From NCBI RefSeq assembly GCF_006345805.1, contig NC_042998.1:184574001-184638000 (forward strand): a stretch of 64,000 nucleotides of DNA, written 5' to 3'. Source of the stretch: Octopus sinensis. Its lineage: Eukaryota. The position numbers were made by a program, and so were the translations under genes. The notes under the pieces were generated by a model. It had not been told where the DNA came from. It did no database searches and was given only the letters and a program-made list of their open reading frames with translations. Below, one piece after another: positions 54,496-64,000 of this stretch; the first letter of the stretch is position 1; each line of letters starts with the position of its first letter.

Positions 54496-54660
54496 CCACC
54501 ATCATCATCACCATCATCATCACTGCAATCACCTTCACAACAACAACTACCACCATTGGCAACACTATTGCAATGGCTACCACTACAATTACTTCTACCA
54601 GCAACTTTTCTACCACCACAATAACAACAACGACAATACCAACAGCAGCACCACCACAAT
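54215..54660. repeat. Degenerate (CAT/CAC/GAC/CAA)n trinucleotide tract
   Basis: Directly visible. It produces low-complexity ORFs in all frames. Confidence 0.85.
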
Positions 54661-54894
54661 AACAATTATCATTATTATTTCAACAGCCACTACAAACACC
54701 ACACAATCACCACATTAATCACAACTATTGCATCAAGGGACACAACTACAACATTCAACGTCACTACTTTATGGCAATCACCAGAACTAGCACTTTTTTG
54801 CGCCATGACCATCATTACCATAATCATTTCTAACACCAAAAAAGGTGTCACAGTGTCTACTAAGTGAGGGTAGTAGGATGCTTTGTAAGAAAGG

Positions 54895-55330
54895 TAGGCG
54901 GCGAGCTGGCAGAATCGTTAGCATGCCGGGCAAAATGCTTGGCAGTATTTCGTCCGTCTTTACGTTCTGAGTTCAAATTCCATGGAGGTCGACTTTGCCT
55001 TTCATACTTTCAGGGTCGACAAAATAAGTACCAGTTAAACTCTGGGGGTCGATGTTGCTGGCCTTGTGTCAAGATATGAAACCAATATTTATAGAGAAGA
55101 AGGAGCCGAGCTGGTAAAAATCCGTTACTGCGCCGAGCAAAATACTTGCGGCATTTCGTTTGTCTTAAGGTTTTGAGTTCAAATTCTGCCGACATCGATT
55201 TTGCCTTTCAATTTTTCAGGGTCAATAAAACAAATAGCAGTTGAGTATTGGTGTCAACGTAATCGGCTTTCCCTCCCTCCACCTCGTCCCACGGAATTAC
55301 TGTCTGTGTGCCAAAATTTGAAGCCAATGT
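54895..55330 (+). mobile_element. Two adjacent SINE family B copies in tandem
   Basis: ggcggcgagctggcagaatcgttagc at 54897 and gagctggtaaaaatccgttac at about 55108, each followed by the gagttcaaatt...gtcgac/atcgattttgcctttc body. Confidence 0.75.
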
Positions 55331-56009
55331 TAATACAAAAGCAAAGAGAAAAACAGCATATTTGAAAGCCAGTATTTGTAATGTATTGATGAATAAATCT
55401 GACCATCAGCCGGATGGCTTTTGGCGGATTGAGGGGTTGAATCGATCTCGTTTATTTGTTTGTATCAGCACCTTATAAGAGATGCGAGTAGTACTCTAAC
55501 AACGCAAGGTGTTTACATCTGTCTATTACATACAATGTTGGCTATATTCTATAAAAATTTTGTAGGGCTGCATAGCATTGAGTTATACTTGAATTTCGTA
55601 GAATTTTAGTGATGGATAAGGCGAATTGGCAGGGTCCTTATAACCTTGCATAATCTATCCATCTTTCTGAGGTCAGTTTCTATTTTGATTCTTTTGTGGT
55701 CGAAAATAACGGAGTTGTTGAAGTGTCAGGTGAGATGTATGGTGGTGTTTGTTTCGACTCATTGTATTCATGTTTTAGGATACCTGCTTTACCCTACAAA
55801 TCTCGGAATCCTTAAAAGTTTATGTAAGGTTATGAGCGTTGTTATTCCCTTCAAGAGTAATCAGTAAAGCGAAGAAAGTCGAATTATATACTGGCTACGA
55901 GACTGGTGTGTAGTGATTGTGACTCGGTGCTTTGAAAGAAAAAAACTACGAAATCGAGCAAACAAGCCACAAGGTAGCAACTAATACTATCAACATATCA
56001 ATTCCAGTT

Positions 56010-56700
56010 CCTACTTCTGTCTCCCGCTACATTCACTGTTGGATATTTGACAGTTAGTTACTAACACAATTGACTCTGAACAATAGCCAACATTTAATGT
56101 ACTGTAGGCTACAGAGAGACATTGGACAACAGCCTTGTACAAGGTGGCAGGTAGTTCACTACCAACACCTTTAACTACCCTCTGTATTATCCTTACAACT
56201 AGTTCCAACATCATCTAATATTAGAAACATCAACTACCTAATATTAACAAGCAGCTTAACTTTACATTGTATAGTCTTACTTTTCAAATTCTCAATTGAA
56301 GTTGGAAATGACTTGGGACTTCTGCGAATTTCTCGAAATGCATTTGTGCGGGTGGTAATGGAGTTTAAAAGGATAAGGATAGTGAGGTGTTAATATACGC
56401 TGTACTTATGCATCTATGGATTGACAGTTAGAATCTTGGATGAAAGTGATGGGTTTTAATTACTAGTGGATTGGTTTGCGGCGAGTTGTTTAAGTTAGTT
56501 AAATTGAAGATTTTAATGGAATTTTTATTAAATATTTTATAGTACTTATGGTATGTGGGGAAGTGCTTCTTATGTAATTTAAAGAAACTTTGTGATATTG
56601 GGATGATTAAGTACAAAACTGCGTATTTTTCTATTTCTATGAATAATGGTTCTTACTGTGTCTTTAATGTACTCACTTTTTCGGATAACATGTTTCTAGA
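56010..56700 (-). mobile_element. Second Penelope-like remnant (RT-endonuclease linker and degraded GIY-YIG)
   Basis: FFKLHKKHFPTYHKYYKIFNKNSIKI (56428-56616 ORF) matches the Penelope linker KFLxLIDKHFPxxHKLHKIFNRNTIKISY as I recall it. Downstream TLYKAVV resembles the VIYKA motif. Confidence 0.65.
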
Positions 56701-57485
56701 ACGGATGTCATTGTAATACGCAAAAAATAATATAAAATGTTTTTATTGATAGAAAAGTTAAAAAATTCATGTAAATAGTTTGTTTGAGTTATTGAAATGT
56801 TTATTGAGCGGTTAGATTAATTGTGAGTGTAGTTTAAACTTTTATCACATATGCAATATGGATTGTACTTATATTGGAACTTTCTAAGAAATTGACTGTG
56901 TAAAGATCAATCTCTATAGTGATCAGTAAATTTTGAAGACGGTATATATACATAGCCGTACACACACAGGCATATACACAAATATACAAACTTGCATATA
57001 TACATACATGCGTGCGCGTATGTATGTATGTATGTATGTATGTATGTATGTATGTATGTATGTATGTATGTATGTATCGTATATTGTACATGCATAGCAT
57101 ATGCATACATATGTACCTAGAAACCTCCAAGAAACTCCTAGTTACTATTGGCTATTCTAATAAGTTACTTCATCTTTAACTCATTACAGTATTTGAATGA
57201 ACGAGGAATACTACATATAAGTAAAGTTATGGATCATGTTGTTTTGATCGAATACTAATAGACACGACATACAATTAAAAGCAAGTTTGTTAAAGAAATA
57301 AACAGCCTGATGGTAGGTACAGTATGTTTTAGTATATATGACATTATCTAAGGAAAATTATTTTTATGCTCTTGGAGTTTCCGGGATGTTATTTAGTATT
57401 TCTATTTATCAGTAATTATTGGATTTTTCGAGTATATAAACAGATTGACTACATCTCTCTCTAGGATTGGTCAAACTGATGTAAA

Positions 57486-57530
57486 CACTTTTGATGAGAA
57501 CCGAACTAGGTTCGAAAATCGATGCGGAAT
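57486..57530 (+). ncRNA. Degenerate hammerhead-like motif
   Basis: UUGAUGA(57491-57497)-GAACC-gaacua-GGUUC-GAAA-AUCGAU-GC. Stem II is a perfect 5 bp and the AUCGAU palindrome follows GAAA. C3 is U, there is no valid NUH triplet and stem I is poor. Confidence 0.4.
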
Positions 57531-58837
57531 GTTCATTTTTTATTCAGTCTGGGGACAAATAGTTAGATTTGCCCTCCTTATGTATCTACAACATATGTTA
57601 CACACCCATACACACACACACGTACGCACATATATGAATGTAAATTACTTAACTCGTTTCTTTGAATCTCTCTGCTTATAAACGTACATACATACAAACA
57701 CATAAACTCACACACAAACACACATTAACACACTCACACACACACACATATATATACACACAAAGACTTATATGTGTACTTATGTATATGCGTATATGAA
57801 TGTATATATTACAATGAGTGAACTTATGAATGTATATACGTTAACATACTACAAAACAAAACTAAAGTATTGTGTAAAATATTTCAAATAGACCAAATGA
57901 AGAATTATTCAGGTAAAGTAAAAATAAATAGATAAAAAAGTACACGTACATATGAACAAATTTCTTGATGATAAATAAAGGCAACTTTTTGTAGCAATAT
58001 ATAAGAAATATTGTAAATAAATGTAGAAATAATTGAAAACGTACAAACACACACACTCATGCACACACACGCACACACACACACACACTCACACACACAC
58101 ACGCACACACATACACACGCACGCACACACACTCACAGAATAATATTTTAAAATTTATTTGAATTTTTGAAGTTTATTATAATATTTATCGAGGCATATT
58201 ATTTTCTGTGTAAATATAGCATTTCAAGATTTTGTTGTTGCTTTTGCTGTTGCTGTTAGATACCACTTCCGGTTTCAAAATAGTATCAATGGACATTAGG
58301 CTGGAAACATCACTTTCGGCGAACAAATGTCAAAGATTTTGGATAATGCAAAATGTTGTATGCCGACCCGAAAGGAAACATTATTTCCCGCCCTTTTAAA
58401 ATCTATCCTTCACCAAAAATCTCTTACAGTTTTGGGAATGGTTGTGTGTTTTGAGTGAGTGAGGATATATTCATTCTAAGACTTTAAATATGTGTATGTG
58501 TGTAATACCGCTGTTTCATGTATAAGTATATGTGTGTCTATATGTACTTTTGAATAGGATCATAAATATATTACGTAATTTCTAAGTATACACTCTTATG
58601 ACTTTGACCGCCAATATAAGAATTCTACTCTAGGCACAAGACCTGAAATTTTCGGGGAGGGGCCAGTCAATTAGATCGACCCCAGTATGCAACTGGTACT
58701 TAATTTATCGACCCCGAAAGGATGAAAGGCAAAAAAAATATATGTTTGTTTATGTTTTCATCTTAGGTGATTTTCATAAGTACATTTCTACATTTCTTGT
58801 ACGTACATATACGTAAATTGGTCTTTGTTTTTATACA

Positions 58838-59245
58838 TACGAGGTCTGTTCAAAATTAAACAAAACATTTCAAAGGCACTACTGCAGTGCCTATAGGAAT
58901 GAACAGTAGCTAAATTAGAAATTTAACATCTAATCGTATTTTAGTGTTGCCACAGCATAGATTCTGTGATTGCTCACAGATAAAAAGTAAAAGAACCGTG
59001 TTATAGCCAGTCAGCGCTGTTTAATCATTTGAGTGCTGATGCAAATTTCCTGAAGAGGATCATAACAGCTGGTAATAGTTGTCACTATGGCAAAAGATGT
59101 ACAATAGAGTTACTTAAATTTGAAGATGAAGATGAAATCGTTTTATATTTCTTTGTAGAAGAGTATCGTTCATCGCGAGTTTGTCTCATGTGGTCAAAGA
59201 ATCAATGACGACTTTTACTTAGATGTCCTGAGGTGCTAGAAAGAA
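58838..59245 (+). mobile_element. Internally deleted mariner transposase remnant
   Basis: Starts with a TIR-like TAcgaggtctgttcaaaa. DANFLKRIITAGNSCHYG is a degenerate ITGDESW motif, and SIVHREFVSCGQRINDDFYLDVLRC* belongs to the catalytic-domain region. Confidence 0.75.
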
Positions 59246-61702
59246 GCTAACCAACTTAGATTATGACTTGAAGAAATATCCATGTATACACACTCATATA
59301 TATTTGATGTTAACAATCAAAAGCATAGAAGTAAATTCCGAGTTTCCATTTCCATTCACACTATTCCCTTTGCAGAAAAATGTTAATTAGTCGTAATCGG
59401 AACATTCTCTAGCCAGAATAGAATTAATAATTTAGTAAGCTCAAAATGTCTATTTATCTAACTAGCGGTTTGTTTGAATGTTATTTTGTCTAACCATAGA
59501 CTTACTCTGCACTACAGAATATATCTATAGATTTTTGTTTAGCTAACACTATGTATTGATAAATGTATAGAAGTACCGAATGACATTGAAATAAATCACT
59601 TATGAACCTTAAACTCTTTGTATGTAACTCACTTTAATGCTATTTCTTTAACTGGTAATATTTTCCTTCATTATTATCCATAGACATTTACATTAATCAC
59701 ATGGACTTCAGCGGTGTTTAGGTGAGTCTTCGTAAAAGCTAACCTGCATGTCCAACATTATTCAAGTTTGATGACCTTTATGTAAATTTTGGTTCTAATT
59801 AGAAGCTGTACATTTAGTTGCTCGTTCATGTTTGTGGACATTTTATATCTAAATTCATCTTCATGTGAGAAAATCATTCATTGGTTTTTATATTTATTAA
59901 CTTGATCGTTTTCTGACGTGTTATACGAGTAAAATATAGAAAGAAATAGTTCATTTTACATTGTAGAAGCTACTGGCAATCGAAAGGAAGGCCTTTCAAA
60001 AACTATTCAAATGAAATACTTTATCCAAATCTCTGGCTATGAATAATGAATCAGAAAACACACAAAAGCGCACTTTGAAGTGTTTTCAAGCGTCTAACTA
60101 TTCTTAACCAAATAATTGAATAGCTAAATGTCACAGCTGGTGTAGTGATTTTGTTTCGACTGCCTCTTAGAGTAGGCTTGATGTGATCGGGGTAATTTAC
60201 CAGAAAATCGCAAAGCAAACGTTAAAGGTATTTTGCCGTTTGGAGTAATGGCCGTTCTCATGCAGTATCAATGGCTGAGTGAATAGTTCGGCCATGGTTT
60301 AATATGGAAGTCATGTGAGTTCAAATTTACAGCAACAAAATGTCTGTAAGGGCAGTCATACAACTTACAGTAATATTTTTCTTCTTCCGCTCATATTGAC
60401 GTGAATGCGTTGGCCATTTATCACCAAAACATTTGCGTATATTACAGGATGGTTCTACATACTATTAAAAAGTACTATGAAAAGCAAACAAAGAATGACT
60501 AAGTCTCTACAAGGCTCGGTAAGTCCAGTGAAATATTATTGCAAATCGCAAAAATATTTATTCACATTTTTATTAGTTTGGATTAACTTAATGTATTTAA
60601 AGTAAGCATTATTTTTGAATAACATTATTATTAAGAGGTATCAGTGTAAATTATGTACATTGCTGACTAATCAATTAGGTATAAAACCACACATTTATAA
60701 CAGAGGCCAAATTAATTTTGACAGTCATATCTTTCTTAAGATATTCATGAAAGACGTTCATGTCTTTCTTAAGCGATTTAAACGGTGTGAAATGATACCA
60801 AGCGGAAATGGCAATCAGGTTTACATAGTTCGGTCTAAAGTGTGATTTCTTCAAGGATTATTTGACGAAGAAAAGTTTTTGTCTTCGTTTTACCAACAAC
60901 AGGTTTCAGGTTATTTGAACGCTCGCCTCATTATTCTAGGAGGAAGAGAGTACATTACATTGATTTTAACGGTATACATACATATATGCGTGCATGCATG
61001 CGTACATACATATATAAACACACTCACGCTCGTCCACACATATATTTATAGAAGCTGTTTGTATTGTTTATATACAAAATAGCTTTTGGGGTAAAAAGAA
61101 GAGTTACCCACTATAGTAGTGGTAGTAGTAACCTCAGTAAGATTTAAAAAATGCATCCATTCCTTTCCCATCAAGTATTTTCAAGCACACAAAAAGCAGA
61201 CTAAAAAGCGAAGCACAACAAACAGTTAATGCGAAAACATATCTTGACACAGGTATCCTAAAACAGGAATACAATGAGTCGTAACAAACACCACCATACA
61301 TTTCACCTGACACTTGAACAACTCCGTTATTTTCGTTATTATCACACAGTTGTTCACTGGAAAGCCAAAAAGTGTTAGAAACATCGTTACAAATGAAAAA
61401 CAAAACAGTATAAACAATACGAACAACAAAAATAACACAGCCACCAAGAATAACATTTCATCTTTTACAAGCGTTGTGGGTCATAAAGAGTTATTTGATA
61501 CGATCAGGCACAATGTGAATGAAAATGTATGCATAAGGTAAAAATCCAACAAATATATCCAGCGAAGAACAAGAAAAGTGATATGTCTTTGCTTTTTAAG
61601 TAACAGCGAGATTTCCATATACTCTCGCTCTCGAAAGGAAATTTAGAGAGAGCCCCAGCTGTTGAGTACTCCCCCAGGGATGGCATATAAAAGTGCATAC
61701 GC

Positions 61703-61789
61703 GTATTACAGAAAGAGATATAGTATAGGAATAGGGGTATTACAGAAAGAGATATAGTATAGGAATAGGGGTATTACAGAAAGAGATAT
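61703..61789. repeat. 34-bp tandem repeat, ~2.6 copies
   Basis: gtattacagaaagagatatagtataggaataggg starts at 61703, 61737 and 61771. Confidence 0.9.
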
Positions 61790-64000
61790 GGTGTAGACGT
61801 TGTCCCTTAGCTTCCTGATATCTATAACGCAGCGGTATGAACATGTATGGAGCGCGGAAATGACCCGCAAAAACGAGACCAATTGAGATTTGCATGAATA
61901 TCCGAATCCTGATGATATCCAATGATCATAATTCTATAATGGAATTATAATCCAACGAGGGATCAGAAATTAGGTCAGAACGATGATGTAAGACAGAAGA
62001 TCTTGTTGCTACGCAATTGGTTGTAAGGACCACATGAAAGTGTTTTGGTCAGAAGAAACAAAAACAGCTAAACAGAAAGGCGAGTGGAAAACAGTAAGCA
62101 GAGGTGGTGATAACATAGGCCTCTGATGCGAAGACCATAGCTGCTTCAATCGTTTTCCTACATAGAAAATAACTCAGTATACTGTTAAGATCGTGCTTTG
62201 TGCTATGTGAAAATTTTTTTTTAAATATAAGAAGTTCAAAAGTGAAGTAAATTGATTTGTCGTTATAATTGATTCGTCGTAAAAGAACAAGTCAAACTTT
62301 TCGAGCAGCACAGGCCATTCTAAGTACTATTACTGGGTTCAGTGGATCCTACTATTCACAATTTAAATAGTTTGATCTATCTTAGTTCTGGCTATCGTAT
62401 GTAAATTATATCTTTAGAAAATTATATCTTTAGATTGGGATTTAATTCACAAGCCTTGATTTTACACAAGTTCTCAGTTTTGTTTTCCTCTGACCACTTA
62501 TCTCTAAGACATGCGCATGTCAATTTAAATTATATTTTAACTAATTTTTAGCAACGGCAGCCATACCGAAACGCAAGCTTTATCTCAAAATGATTAGGTT
62601 CTCAGCGTTATATATATATATATCTTCTGTTTGTAATAATTATTTTTACTTTTATCTATAATGGAAAGTATATCTCAGAACTGCTTATGTGTTTCTCATT
62701 GTACAATCTCTCATCATATATATTCTACCATTACTGACTCGTTTGTTTTCTCTTGTAAAGAGTTTTCCGATGTTCTGGGAATAAAATATTGTTTAGATGT
62801 CCTCTTTTCCTTTGTAATCCCCGCGAAACATGCATGAAATATTATGTAAACAATAAAAAAGTAATTAGAGAAAAAGATAAATTCCAGATGAAAGGGTTGT
62901 GCGATCTGATTTCAACATTCGGTTGAAAGCATTTTGCTTCATAGGCGTAGTTAATATCTATCGAGAAAAACAAAAAAATTCGTCTCTCAGGGAACACAAA
63001 CATGGTGTTCAGTAAAAAAAGTCTATCATCTACCACACAATATAGATCTAGAAGATAAGGCTTGATAGTAAAACGGCTTCATGATGTTTTAAACTCATGT
63101 TGCATAAACTGGTATTCGAATCCATATCATTAATAACTGACAGAAGTATGTGTGTCACTTAAGTTTTTACTAGATCTGTTAGTCTATCTTGTTGACGGGC
63201 TACACTATATGCTTCAAACTATTTAGACACCTAATAGCGAACCAAGCAAAACTTCCTGGGAAGGTATTCCAAAAAGCTAGTGTCTTGTCTATGGAAGTAT
63301 TTGACAACAGCTGTACAAAAAGCGTTTCCAAAGCCCGATGTGTTAGTTTCAATGCTGAGGGACTGTATTAAATAATATAAGGCAAAATCATGACCTTGAT
63401 AAATATTGATTTCAAATTTTGGGTCAAGGCCATCAAGTCCTGAGGAGGGTTTAAGTAGATTACATGAACCTCAGTGTTCAACCCCGAAAGGATGAAAAGC
63501 AAAGTCGATCTCGGCAAAATTTGTACTCAGAACGTAAAGACAGACGAAATGCCGCTAAGCATTTTTGTCCGGTCTGTTAACGATTCTGAAAGCACGCGCC
63601 TTGGCCTTGATGTATATTGCCAAAAGAATGCCAGTACATTGAAAACAACACTGCAAAACATTCTTTTTCTTTTCATTTGTTTTGAAATCTTTATGAAATG
63701 ATACATAGTAATAATCAAAAGAAGAAGAATGAACTGGAGAAGAAACAGATGAAAGAAGAGTGCGTGTATGATATCAACGTTTAACTGTTATTGTTAAATT
63801 ATCATTTAATCCTTCAAATATACTTGATCCAATAATTGAAATACACCCAAAACATAGAATAATTAAGATCCGCTAATTATTGTATGAAAGAATTTTCACG
63901 TGAGTCATTAAAGTATTATAAATTGTTAGTATACTTTTGTTAATACAACAAGAATACCTACACTGTGTTAAAAAGTACTTCGGTTGGTACAAAGTAATTT

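Noticed and set aside
58495-58605. Minus-strand GUGUAUA/UAUACAU-GAAAC-AGCG-GUA
   Set aside because: The upstream core reads CAUAAGA and stem I is absent, and TA-rich pairing is expected by chance.
61703-61789. Regular repeat considered as a CRISPR-like array
   Set aside because: The units are contiguous with no spacers and the context is eukaryotic, so it is a simple tandem duplication.
61903-61980. CUGAUGA-UAUCC...GGAUCA-GAAA-UUAG-GUC
   Set aside because: Needs an insertion in stem II and has no stem I. Kept only as a weak relic and not listed as a feature.

Overview
Eukaryotic, AT-rich, microsatellite-dense DNA. The repeat content (tRNA-headed SINEs; (TATC)n, (CATA)n and (TA)n arrays) is most consistent with an octopus genome, but this is an inference. 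The only host coding sequence I can support is one 190-bp minus-strand exon (40071-40260) encoding LIM domain 1 of an Lmx1-type LIM-homeobox gene. I could not find the upstream exon, the LIM2 exon or the homeobox exons, so most of the window is probably very large introns or flank of this gene. Almost all other ORFs in the track are microsatellite artefacts. The remainder is a transposon graveyard: three or more SINE families, a CR1/L2-like LINE 3' end that shares its tail with one SINE family, an R4/Dong-like restriction-like-endonuclease LINE end followed by (AAT)n, two Penelope-like (GIY-YIG) remnants, two mariner remnants, a complete non-autonomous Helitron and several MITE-like elements. 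The most notable signal not explained by the ORF track is a set of about 8-9 type I hammerhead-ribozyme motifs on both strands. Three have canonical catalytic cores (2962-3054 minus, 3653-3726 plus, 12032-12151 plus), four lie in the first 3.8 kb, and several have the palindromic stem III typical of dimer-forming Penelope/retrozyme hammerheads. All folding was done by eye and no activity is demonstrated.
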